Shown here piece by piece: positions 38,800-50,700 of a DNA stretch of 64,000 nucleotides (positions are counted from its first letter, which is position 1; each line of letters opens with the position of its first letter). The notes under the pieces are model-generated. The model did not search any database and had not been told where the DNA came from. It saw nothing but the letters and a program-made list of their open reading frames with translations. The stretch spans positions 10,726 through 74,725 of the forward strand of contig NIVC01003221.1 of NCBI GenBank assembly GCA_002269645.1, given 5' to 3'. The translations under genes were made by a program, and so were the position numbers. This DNA is from Macrostomum lignano (Eukaryota).

Positions 38800-41720
38800 C
38801 TGGCCGCTGGCTTGAGCTAGTCCACCGACACAAAGTCCCGCCTAGTGACGAGGTCGAGGGGGAAAGCCTTAGCGCCGCGCTCCAGCACCTTGAAAGGACC
38901 TAGATAAGGCGGTTGCAGCGCCGGTTGGTGCCTGTCGCGGCAGACGAAGACGTGCGTGCAGGTATCCAAGACAGCAGGCAGGGCGGTAGGGTGGCGGCCA
39001 TGCTGGGAGGTCGGTGGCGGTGCGGAAAGCCTGCATGGCCTGGCGCAGGCGTGTGAGGAACCCGTCATGGCCCGTAGGCGAGCTGGCCTGCAGACACTCG
39101 CCCGGCACCGCCAGTGGGACTCTGTACACCAACTCCGCCAATGACGTGCCAAGATCCTCCTTGGGAGTGGTGCGGATGCCGAGCAACACCCAGGGCAGCT
39201 CGGCAGTCCAGGACGGCCCCGTCAGCCGCGCTATCAGGGAAGCCTTGAGCTGCTGGTGGAACTGCTCCACAAGCCCATTGGCCTGTGGGTGGAAGGCCAT
39301 TGTCTAGTGCAGCTGCGTGCTAAGCAAGCGGGACACATTGGACCACAGCTCCGAGGTGAACTGCGGGCCGCGGTCTGACGTGAGGTCGCTTGGCACACCA
39401 AAATGGGCAATCCAGTGCGCGATAAATGCGGCCACACAGGTAGCGGAATTGCTTCCGGCCAACGCGTGAACCGGTCGACAACAGTCAGCAGGTGCGAGCA
39501 CCCTTGAGAGTGCGGAAGCGGGCCCACCAGGTCGATGTGCACGTGCGCGAAGTGGTCGCGGGGCACCGGGATGCTGTCTGGCGGGCTGACAACATGCTGC
39601 TGCACCTTAGTCGTCTGGCAGGGGAGGCAGCTGCGAGCCCAACGGCCGACGTCGCGGTTGAGGCCAGGCCAGACGAAACGGTCTGCAACGAGGCGGCGGG
39701 AGCTGCGGATTGATGGGTGCGGGAGGCCGTGGATGGCGTCGAACACCGGCCGTCGGAATTCGGGCGGCACCAGCGGGCGGGAGTGGCCGGTGGAGACGTC
39801 GCAGAGCAGCTCCAGGCCTAGGCGGAGGGTCACCTGCTCTAGTTGGAGGCCGGAGCCGGGCGGCGGCAACTCAGTCGGGGCATGCTGGGCCTGCAACATC
39901 GCGGCAAAATCGATGCCGGGTAGCATGCTGGCCACGGTGCAGCGGGACAGCGCGTCGGCCACCGGATTGTTTTTGCCGGCGATGTGCTGGACGTCCGTGG
40001 TGAATTCGCTCACGTACGCCAGGTGCCGCTGCTGCCGAGCGGACCACGGGTCGGACAGCTTGGCCATGGCGGCGGCCAACGGCTTGTGGTCTGTGTAGGC
40101 TGTGAAGTGGCGCCCCTCAAGGAGGTAACAGAAATGGCGGACCGCTAGGTACAGTGCCAGGAGCTCGCGGTCGAAGGCACTGTACTTTACCTCCGCAGGT
40201 CGCAACTGCCGGCTGAAGAATGCGAGCGGCTGCCAGGCGGGGCCGACACGCTGCTCGAGGACGGCGCCCACGGCGGTGTCAGAAGCATCTACGGTGAGGG
40301 CCAGCGGCGCGTCGGGCCTGGGGTGCGCCAGCATGGTCGCGTCGGCCAGCGCCTGCTTGGTCTTGTCGAAGGCCTCGGTCAGCTCCGGCGTCCACCGCAC
40401 CAGCTTCTCCTTGCCGGCCATGGCCTGGTAGATCGGGCGCAGCAACCGGGCTGCGCGGGGCACGAAGCGGTGATAGAAGTTCACCATGCCGGCAAACTCC
40501 TGGAGACCCTTCACCGTCGTGGGCGGCGCGAACCTGGCGACTGCGTCGACCTTGTCCGGCAGCGGCATGGCGCCCGCAGCGCTGATCCTGTGGCCGAGGA
40601 AATCGATCTCGCTGCGGCCAAACTGGCACTTGGCTGGGTTGAGCAACAGGCCGTTGTCGGCGAGGCGCTGGAACAGCTTCCGCAGGTGCTCCTCGTGCTG
40701 CTCGGGGCTGCTGCTGGCGACCAGGAAATCGTCGATGTACGCGAAGACGGCCGGCAGGTCCTGGCAGATCGAATCTACTAACCGCTGGAAGGCCTGTGCC
40801 GCATTTTTCAACCCGAACGGCATGCGGAGGAACTCAAACAACCCAAACGGTGTAATGACGGCGGTCTTCGGGATGTCCGTTTGCGCGACCGGGATCTGGT
40901 GGTAGCCCCGCACCAGGTCGATCTTCGAGAACACTGTGCAGCCGCTCAGGCGCGCTGAGAAATCCTGGATATGCGGCACGGGGTAGCGGTCGGGCACCGT
41001 GGCGTCATTGAGCCGCCGGAAATCGCCGCAGGGCCGCCAACCGCCGGAAGTCTTGGGCACCATGTGCAGCGGCGAGGACCAGGGGCTGCTGGACCGCCGC
41101 ACAATGCCGAGCTGCTCCAGGTTGCGAAACTCTTCCTTGGCCGCGGCCAGCTTGTCGGGCGGCAGGCGGCGCGCTCTAGCGTGCACCGGCGGGCCCGTCG
41201 TCGGGATGTAGTGCTCCACGCCGTGCCGCGGCGTGGCTTTGCTGAAGCTGGGCTCCGTGATGCTGGGGAACTCCGCCAGCAGCCGGCTGTACGGGTCCCT
41301 GGCAACCGCGGCGGCGAGCTGAGGCGCAGAACCGGAGCCAGCCAGCAATTGCACACTGGCCAGGGAGGCGGCGTCCAGAAGGCGGCGGTTGGGCAGGTCC
41401 ACCAGCAGGCCGTGGTGGCGCAGGAAGTCGGCGCCGATCAACGGCCGGGAGACCTCGGCCAAAACGAATGGCCAGGTGCAGGTCTTCAGGCCGACGTCCA
41501 GTGTGATGCTGCGGCCGCCGAAGGTTCGGATGCGGGTGCCGTTCGCGGCGAACAGCGGCGGGCCAGGTGAACGGGCGCGGGCATCATCTGCAGAGGCTGG
41601 GAAAATGCTTACCTCGGCGCCTGTGTCCACCAGGAACCGCCGGCCGGATGGGACGTCGGGGATGAGCAGCAGGTTGCCGGCCGCCGCGATGGTCACTGGC
41701 GGCGGGCCGGCCCGTTTCCC
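38800..41720 (-). pseudogene. pol (PR-RT-RH intact; integrase disrupted)
   Basis: Open from the frameshift site to ~39450; then a frameshift after EAIPL, TAG at 39304-39306, a frameshift at ~39025 and TAG at 38817-38819 in VSVD*LKPA. Confidence 0.92.
41676..41720 (-). other. gag-pol -1 programmed ribosomal frameshift signal: G_GGA_AAC slippery heptamer plus GC hairpin
   Basis: Heptamer at 41720-41714; pol is in the -1 frame relative to gag; downstream stem GCCGGC-C-CGCCGC / GCGGCG-GCCGGC with 11-nt loop (41711-41676). Confidence 0.8.
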
Positions 41721-42396
41721 GGAAAGCTGCAGGGCTGCTCGCATTGCCTAGCCTTCGCGCCGAACTTGCGGTGGAAGTAGCACAGCTCCTGGGCGCGGGT
41801 GCCGCGGTGCCCAGGCCGGGGCGACGTGGTGCGGAGACGCGCAGCCTGACGCGCAGCGCAAACCTCCGGCGGACCTGCCAACTGGGCGGAAGCGGCCACT
41901 GGCTGGGGCCGGCTGGCCCAGAGCTGGTCGGCGAGCTGCGCGACTGCCCGGGGTCTTCGAAGTCGGCGGATGCGAGCGCCATCCGGATGTCCACGGGCAG
42001 CTGCTGGCGGAACAGCTCCTCAAAGAGCAGGCAAGGCCGGTGATCACCAAGCAGGGCCAGCATCTCGTCCATCATCTCGGACGGGCGGCGATCTCCCAGG
42101 CCGGACATGCTGAGCAAACGGCTAGCTCGCTGCTGCCGGGTGAGACTGAAAGTGCCGAGCAGGCGCCCTTTCAGTTTGCCGTATTTGTCCTCGCTCGGAG
42201 GGCTTTCCAGAACGTCCAGCAGGAGCTCGGCGGTTTGTTGATCAAGCGAGGCGACCAAGTGGTGATGCTTGGTGTCGTCCTGGGTGTTACCGCGCAGCTG
42301 GAACTGGGCCTTTGCCTGGATGAACCACGCGCGTGGCTGCATGGCCCAAAACGTGGGCAGCTTGAGTGCAACAGTTGACTCAGTGGGTGGCGCCAT
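41693..42396 (-). pseudogene. gag, interrupted by an apparent 1-nt deletion at ~41950
   Basis: LKLPTFW..WFIQAKAQF..LGDRRPS then a frame change in a CCCC run; the second frame reads RAVAQLADQLW...CHCC knuckle...TGA 41693. Confidence 0.88.
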
Positions 42397-42418
42397 GTGT
42401 TAGACGAAATGGCGGGTT

Positions 42419-42431
42419 GTCGGGCTCACCA
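42419..42431 (-). other. Primer-binding site TGGTGAGCCCGAC, tRNA-Trp-like
   Basis: 1 nt inside the 5' LTR boundary; one mismatch to the canonical Trp PBS TGGTGACCCCGAC. Confidence 0.75.
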
Positions 42432-42432
42432 A

Positions 42433-42699
42433 TGAAGCGGGCAGTAGCTACTGCGTGCAGACTTGAAATTTTATTTGCGGAGAGCAAAAGGTTCTCATAA
42501 GCATCTGCGCACAATCAGGTTAAATAGGCCAACGCGCTAGTTAGTCAGTCAACCCCAACCCCCACGTAGCTCAGGCTGGGTGGGCGAACCCCCACCCCTA
42601 ATCTCCGGGGTTGGTGGCGCATAGACGCGGCGTGATGAGCAGGGAGCGCGAGGGCATCTAAACGGCCGTCTTCAGGTGTGCTTGCACTTGTCCGCCACA
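42433..42699 (-). repeat. 5' LTR (right), 267 bp
   Basis: Direct repeat of the left LTR; has TATTTAA (TATA-like) and AATAAA (42470-42475) on the minus strand. Confidence 0.97.
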
Positions 42700-42792
42700 G
42701 TATATAATTAATGTATATGTTGTATTTACTTATGGTTTGCTATAGAGTCAGTTTAAAGTCACAAAAATATTCTTCTACTTCCTGACTAGACA

Positions 42793-44683
42793 ATGTCCAA
42801 GCGAGTGCCCCTACAGAAACCAGCACCAAAGTCTAAAGCCACAGCAGCCAGTAATTCAACTCGACCAAAGAAGAAGCCACCAAAGACCCAGTCTCCTTCA
42901 TCTACCCTACCAGACAAAGATGCTGGCACAGAATTTGGCGATGAATTTCTCAGCAGCACACCACCAGAGATGCTGAATGATCACCAGCAGGATCAGATGG
43001 AACCAGAGTCAGCAGAGGAACTGCAGAAGCGTCTATTAGACAGACTTTTATCTCCATCATCGCCCAGTGACACCTTGTGCGAGCTCACTCACGCCCGACT
43101 CGATCGGGCTGAACTAACCAGCATAGATTGCTTCGCCAACATGTGGCCAAGCAATAATAGTGTTACACACCTGTATTTGCAACACAACAAATTGGAGAGC
43201 TTACTGCCGGGTATTGAGTATTTGCCTAATCTTGTGTTTCTAACCGTGGCGCACAATCGGTTAACCAATTTGACTGGATTGGCCAGCTCAGCACCGGGTC
43301 TGAGGTTTCTGGACGCTTCGCATAATGGATTGACAAGACTGGAGCCCAGCACAGACTTGCCTGCGAATTTGTTTATTTTGTGTTTACAGGTGTGTCTGTA
43401 GGTTTGTACTTTCGTGTTTTCTGCCCCCTAAACAGCTACACAGATCGGGGTACCCGCCCCCTAAACGGCAAAACATATCGGGTTATCCGCCCCTTAAACA
43501 GCAACACATATCGGGTTATCCGCCCCCTAAACGGCAAAACAGATCGGGTTATCCGCCCCTTAACAGCAACACAGATCGGATTATCCGCCCCCTAAACAGC
43601 AAAACAGATCGGGTTATCCGCCCCCTAAACGGCAAAACAGATCGGGTTATCCGCCCCTTTAACAGCAAAACAGATCGGATTATCCGCTCCCTAAACAGCA
43701 ACGCAGATCGGGTTATCCGCCCCCTACACAGCTACACAGATCGGGTCATCCGCCCCCTACACAGCTACACAGATCGAGTTATCCGCCCCCTACCCCCTAC
43801 ACAGCTACACAGATCGGGTTATCCGCCCCCTACACAGCTACACAGATCGGGTTATCCGCCCCCTTCTACACAGCTACACAGATCGGGTTATCCGTCCCCT
43901 TCTACACAGCTACACAGATCGGGTTATCCGCCCCCTTCTACACAGCTACACAGTTCAGGTTATCCGCCCCTAAACAGCCACACCGATCGTGTTATACGCC
44001 CCTTCCCTAAACAGCAGCACAGATCGGATGATCCGCCCCTATATTAAGCCACCTGTTTGGTTATCCGCAGTTTATGAATTTATGATGCATTAATTCTTCT
44101 GCTTAGCAACGAGATGATTCGTCACCCAAAACCCGCCACCGTTGCCAAGGGCAACCCGTGTCGCGGCTACCGTCGCTCGGTGCTGTCCCGACTGCCCCGG
44201 CTGCACCAGCTGGACCTGCGAATCGTTGAGCGGCAAAGCGGCGACGACGAAGGTGCCGCCGCCGACTCCGAACGGTTGCCAACGGACTCTGAGGACGATG
44301 ATGACGACGAAGCCGGCTCGGAGGATCCGGTTGACGACGATGTTGCCAGGATGCTGCGCGTTGCCAGGCAGTGCCTTGGCGAGCTGGACGAATCGGACAT
44401 CGATGAAGATGTTGACGATATCGAAGATGCTGACTACGAGGTTGAAGATCAGTTGGACGATCTCGGCGATGCTGGCGAATCGGACGGGACTGGCGGGGAC
44501 GCGGCGGCGTCGACATCGGTTCGCAGGCTCGCTGCCGATATTCTGCTGCGATCGCAGTCCCGTCTAGAAACTATGATGTCCGCTGCCGCCGAGGCCGCCG
44601 CCGACACCGAACGGAGGCGTCGAGAAATTTCTTCGGCTGCCAACGCCGGGTCTGTCGCCGAGTCGTCGACAGATCTCGAGTGA
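42793..44683 (+). CDS. LRRC46: Leucine-rich repeat-containing protein 46-like, 376 aa, 2 coding exons
   Basis: Exons 42793-43389 and 44150-44683. Motifs ARLDRAELTSI, HLYLQHNKL, LRFLDASHN, LFILCLQ|GNPCRGYRRSVLSRLPRLHQLD (LRRcap), followed by an acidic tail, matching my recollection of LRRC46. Confidence 0.82.
43435..44040. repeat. ~32-bp minisatellite ACAGATCGGGTTATCCGCCCCCTAAACAGCAA, LRRC46 intron
   Basis: Visible; length variation in the C-run. Confidence 0.92.
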
Positions 44684-44790
44684 TTTATGCATAATTCTTG
44701 TTTTAAAAAAATCTCCTGAAAAAAGTTTACTACGATACATATCGGCATACTTATTCACACAGTACAGTTGTCAGAAAGGGCCAGCTACCA

Positions 44791-47700
44791 ATGCACAGAG
44801 AGCACGAACGCAAAAGGGTAGCTTAATATTCTTAATTTAACTTGTCCATTGTAACTGAAGTCTGCTGTGATTGTATATGAAATATCCGTCCATTTTTTGG
44901 TTTGCAAATTTAATTTTTATTCCTGTTCGCGTATTTTTAGTGCCTTTGGTTCCCATTTTCTTGCTCCTTTTACTATAAAATAAATATTCAAGCACATTTT
45001 TAAGGCAAAGCTTCAACTTTCTTACTTTATTTTATATTGTTAAATTAAAAAATAATTTCTGTGCCACTTTTAGGTTTTCTTTTTTCTCCACCTTCAGTGT
45101 GAGATTTTGAGATTTTTCTATACTTCCTCTAATGTGAGATTTTGAGATTTGTCTCTACTTCCTCCTCTAGTGTGAGATTTTGAGATTTGTCTCTAATTCC
45201 TCCTCTGGTGTGAGATTTTGAGATTTGTCTCTACCTCTTCTAGTGTGAGATTTTGAGATTTGTTTCTACTTCCTCTAAGGTGCGATTTTGAGATTTGTCT
45301 CTACCTCATCTAGGGTGAGATTTTGAGATTTGTCTCTACCTCTTCTAGTGTGAGATTTTGAGATTTGTCTCTACTCGTACCTCTTCTAGGGTGAGATTTT
45401 GAGATTTGTCTCTACTTCCTCTAAGGTGAGATTTTGAGATTTGTCTCTACTTTCTCCTCTAGTGTGAGATTTTGTCTGTACTTCTAGTTTGAGATTTTGA
45501 GATTTGGCTCTACCTCCTCTAGTGTGAGATTTTGAGATTTGTCTCTAACCCCTTCTCTAGTGTGAGATTTTGAGATTTGTCTCTACCTCCTCTAGTGTGA
45601 GATTTTGACACTTGTCTCTACTTCCTCTAATGTGAGATTTTGAGATTTGTCTCTACTTCCTCCTCTAGTGTGAGATTTTGAGATTTGTCTCTACCCCCTC
45701 CTCTAGTGTGAGATTTTGAGATTTGTTTCTACCCCCTCCTCTAGTGTGAGATTTCTTTCCATCAGGTGCGAGTTTTGGTTATTTCCCGCTTTTGACGTCT
45801 CCTTTCCCGCTGCAGGCTGCCACGACACTCGCTCAGCGGTCGCCTACGGCCGCCGCCGCTGCTGCCGTCTCCTCGCGTGTTCATGTCGCCGCCACATTCA
45901 ATGTGCCCGACTTTGCTGCCGAGTCCGCCGCCGCCGCCACCGGCGCCGTAGCTTCGTCTTCGACAACCTCAACAGCCGATGCTCTGACGCTTGCAGAGTA
46001 CGGCGTCGGTCGCAGCAACAGCTGGTTATTGCGCCGTCGTAGACCTCTGCCATTGGGGTCGGACTCCTCCGACTTGTTCGAGGACTGCTTGGCATATCTG
46101 CCAGACTCTGCGGATGACGCTGCCCTTGTTGAGTACGATTCTCCTGTAGTGTCTTCGCCTATTGGTTTAGCTGCATCAGCTTCTGAGCCTCAGCAGCCTC
46201 AGCAGGAGCAGCAGCAGGAGCAGAAGACCACTGCGACATCGTCGAATGTCCCGGCTCAGCAGAAACCAGTTGTCATGGTGAAATCCTCTTCAGCCGTCGC
46301 CACCACCGCCTTGACAGGTCAGAAAAGTCGCCGCTCGGGTCTTCGCAGCGCGTTTAATCCGGCTTATAAGCAGCGAGATTCGGCTCTGCATCGGCTGTTT
46401 AAAGAGGTCCCGGCAGCTGAGCGGCTTGTCACGGACTGCAGTTGCGCCTGGGACCGCAACGGCTTCCTGGTGCAGGGCCGGCTGTACGCCACCACAGTGA
46501 GACTGTGCTTCTATTCGAAAATTATCGGCTTTGAGACTCGGTTTACCGTGCCACTGGCGTCCGTCACTTCCCTTACTAAGGAGCGAACCGCTCGATTAAT
46601 TCCTAATGCTATCTTGGTTGTGTCTGGTCAGGACAGGTATGTACAAGTAGCTCTGCTAGATTCCCGGATTTTTTATGGTTTGTAGCTCTTCTGGAGTTTT
46701 GAGCTGGTTTTGTAGGTGTAGGTCTTTGTTCCTGTAGTTTTGAGCTGGTTTTGTAGGTGTAAGTCTCTGTTCATGTAGTTTTTAGCTGGTTTTGTAGGTG
46801 TAGGTCTTTGTTCCTGTAGTTTTGAGCTGGTTTTGTAGGTATAAGTCTGTTCCTGTAGTTTTGAGCTGGTTTTGTAGGTGTAGGTCTTTGTTCCTGTAGT
46901 TTTGAGCTGGTTTTGTAGGTATAAGTCTGTTCCTGTAGTTTTTAGCTGGTTTTGTAGGTGTAGGTCTTTGTTCCTGTAGTTTTGAGCTGGTTTTGTAGGT
47001 ATAAGTCTGTTCCTGTAGTTTTGAGCTGGTTTTGTAGGTGTAGGTCTCTGTTCATGTAGTTTTTAGCTGGTTTTGTAGGTATAAGTCTTTGTTCCTGTAG
47101 TTTTGAGCTGGTCTTGTAGATGTAGGTCTCTGTTCCTGTAGTTTTTAGCTGGTTTTGTAGGTGTAGGTCTTTGTTCCTGTAGTTTTTAGCTGGTTTTGTA
47201 GATGTAGGTCTTTGTTCCTGTAGTTTTGAGCTGGTTTTGTAGGTGTAGGTCTTTGTTCCTGTAGTTTTTAGCTGGTTTTGTAGGTGTAGGTCTCTGTTCA
47301 TGTAGTTTTTAGCTGGTTTTGTAGGTATAAGTCTTTGTTCCTGTAGTTTTGAGCTGGTCTTGTAGATGTAGGTCTCTGTTCCTGTAGTTTTTAGCTGGTT
47401 TTGTAGGTGTAGGTCTTTGTAGGTGTAGGTCTTTGTTGCTATAGTTTTTAGCTGGTTTTGTAGGTGAAGGTCTTTGTTCCTGTAGTTTTGAGCTGGTTTT
47501 GTAGGTGTAGGTCTCTGTTCATGTAGTTTTTAGCTGGTTTTGTAGGTATAAGTCTTTGTTCCTGTAGTTTTAACCTGTTTTGTAGATGTAGGTCTCTGTT
47601 CCTGTAGTTTTTAGCTGGTTTTGTAGGTGTAGGTCTTTGTTCCTGTAGTTTTTAGCTGGTTTTGTAGGTGTAGGTCTTTGTTCCTGTAGTTTTGAGCTGG

Positions 47701-50700
47701 TTTTGTAGGTTTAGGTCTTTGTTTCTGTAGTTTTTAGCTGGTTTTGTAGGTGTAGGTCTTTGTAGGTGTAGGTCTTTGTTGCTATAGTTCTTAGCTGGTT
47801 TTGTAGGTGTAGGTCTTTGTTCATGTAGTTTTTAGCTGGTTTTGTAGGTGAAGGTCTTTGTTCCTGTAGTTTTTAGCTGGTTTTGTAGATGTAGGTCTCT
47901 GTTCATGTAGTTTTTAGCTGGTTTTGTAGGTGTAGGTCTTTGTTCCTGTAGTTTTGAGCTGGTTTTGTAGGTATAAGTCTGTTCCTGTAGTTTTGAGCTG
48001 GTTTTGTAGGTGTAGGTCTCTGTTCATGTAGTTTTTAGCTGGTTTTGTAGGTGTAGGTCTTTGTTCCTGTAGTTTTTAGCTGGTTTTGTAGGTGTAGGTC
48101 TCTGTTCCTGTAGTTTTGAGCTGGTTTTGTAGGTGTAGGTCTTTGTTCCTGTAGTTTTGAGCTGGTCTTGTAGATGTAGGTCTCTGTTCCTGTAGTTTTT
48201 AGCTGGTTTTGTAGGTGTAGGTCTTTGTTCCTGTAGTTTTTAGCTGGTTTTGTAGGTGCTGCTACTATATAGCGTTTATAAGCTGTGTTTCATTTTGAAA
48301 AAACGCGAGGTAAAAGTCAAATTATTGTGCACTGCAGTCTGCAGTTGACCCGGTGTAAAATTCTTTTTTTTCAGGTACTTTCTAACCAGCCTGACAGCCA
48401 GGGAGAAGACATTTAGTGTGCTCAGCCTACTGTGGGAACTGTGTCCTCAGCCTATGCATCCCACTATCATGTGGGAGCTGATTCACGAGTCTTATGGAAA
48501 CGATCTGGGTATGTCGTGACGTGTTACCGAGTCCTGGTTAGCCAAATAGTCATCGATATTGAGTCTCTTTTAAAAAATTAAAATGCCTTGCGTTTAATGC
48601 TCTGGGTTCAAATAATAGTACTGTGTAGTATGACATTGCAAATAGAAGCTTATGTTATACTAGAACTCTGTGCACTGCTATTAACTAAGAACTAGGAATG
48701 TCTGTTTGCTTCGCTGTCAGATTTATGGATGATTTATATGCTTTATCAGTTTTGTGCTTGCAATCTGTTTTCTACAGTTGCCGGACTAAATAAAATGGCT
48801 ATTGGGAGAGCCTGCGGTTAAAAAACAGCATCACGAGACAAAGATGATGAGGAGCCAAAACAGGGAGACTGAGTTGATAAAGAGCCAAAACCAAAATAGA
48901 GCCTGGGAGAAAGAGATGAAGACTCAAAACAGGGAGACTGGGAGATGATGAGGAACTAGAACAGGGAGACTGGGAGATGATGAGGAACTAAAACAGAAAG
49001 ACTGGGAGATAATGAGGAACTAAAACAGGGAGACTGGGAGATGATGAGGAACTAAAACAGGGAGACTGGGAGATGATGAGGAATCAAAACAGGAAGACTG
49101 GGAGATGATGAGGAACTAAAACAGGGAGACTGGGAGATGATGAGGAATCAAAACAGGGAGACTGGGAGATGATGAGGAACTAAAACAGGGAGACTGGGAG
49201 ATGATGAGGAATCAAAACAGGGAGACTGGGAGATGATGAGGAACTAAAACAGGGAGACTGAGAGATGATGAGGAATCAAAACAGGAAGACTGGGAGATGA
49301 TGAGGAACTAAAACAGGGAGACTGAGAGATGATGAGGAATCAAAACAGGGAGACTGGGAGATGATGAGGAATCAAAACAAGGAGACTGGGAGATGATGAG
49401 GAACTAAAACAGGGAGACTAGGACTATAAGATGATGAAGAACTAAAACAGGGTGACTGGGAGATGATGAGGAACTAAAACAGGGAGACTGAGAGATGATG
49501 AGGAATCAAAACAGGAAGACTGGGAGATGATGAGGAATCAAAACAGGGAGACTGAGAGATGATGAGGAATCAAAACAGGGAGACTGAGAGATGATGAGGA
49601 ATCAAAACAGGGAGACTGAGAGATGATGAGGAATCAAAACAGGGAGACTGACTGGTAGATGATGAGGATTTAAAATAAGGAGACGCGAGGAAGTTGATGA
49701 AGCGCCGAAATAAAGACTGGTAGATGATAAAAAACCGAATTCTGAGTCCGATAGATAATAATAAACATTGGGAGACTGCAAACTGATGAAGCATCCCGCT
49801 CGCCTTGCGCAGGCCTGGACTCGGATGACACTGACTACGTGCCAAGCATTTCCCGGCAACTGCCTAGCAACGATTCTTCGCCAGCTTTAATCTCGTCGCC
49901 AACTGAAGAAGACGGCAGCGGCGGCGGCAACGGTAGCGCCAACGAAGCCGCTTCGTCATCCGTTGCCATAGCAACCGACGCTAATAATGGATTATCGCCG
50001 GCTTTGCCTTCGCTCTCGCCGCCGTCGTTCTCAATCGGCGAAACGTCGGGTTCGTCGCTCCAAAGCCGTGTGCTAGCCGAAGAGTTCGGCCCGCCAGACT
50101 CCGCTGCAGGCGATGAGGCAGCCACCCAGCAGGAGGTCCAGACTGAGGAGTGGCTGGCCATGGACTTGCCCGCAGATGTTGACACCGTGTTTCTGGGCAT
50201 ATTCGGCCGCAGCTCGGCCTGGTTTCGTCAGTTTGCCGGCGAGCGAGGCTATTTGGAGATTCGAGTGGAACAGTGGAATCAAAGGGCTCGGACCGTGTCT
50301 TATCGGGTGCCGCTGAGTGGCGCGATCGGGCCAGGAATGCTGTGCAGGTGAGATTTTGAGACTTTATTGTGAGTCTCTCTGAGTGAGATTTTGAGACTAT
50401 AGTGAGTCTGTCTGGTTGAGATTTTGACAGTTTATAGTGAGTCTGTCTGGTTGAGATTTTGACAGTTTATAGTGAGTCTGTCTGGGTGAGATTTTGAGAC
50501 TTTATAGTGAGTCTGTCTGGGTGAGATTTTGAGACTTTATAGTGAGTCTGTCTGGGTGAGATTTTGAGACTTTATAGTGAGTCTGCCTGGGTGAGATTTT
50601 GACAGTTTATAGTAAATCTGGATGGGTGAGATTTTGACAGTTTATAGTAAGTCTGTCTGGGTGAGATTTTTACACAATGAGTGTGAGTCTGTTTGGTGAG

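Larger units (their letters stand above)
38344..42699 (-). mobile_element. Full-length Ty3/gypsy LTR retrotransposon, CsRn1 clade, inactivated
   Basis: 267-bp LTRs with TG..CA ends; 4-bp TSD GTAT (38340-38343 and 42700-42703); gag with CX2HX9CX3C ([18 protein letters not shown]); pol order PR(DTG)-RT(YIDD)-RNaseH(DAS..DRELLA)-IN(HHCC, DDE). CHCC gag, tRNA-Trp PBS and 4-bp TSD are established CsRn1-clade hallmarks. Confidence 0.96.

Noticed and set aside
38456-42378. Many overlapping ORFs on both strands within the retroelement
   Set aside because: Expected in very GC-rich DNA; no recognizable env or accessory domain.
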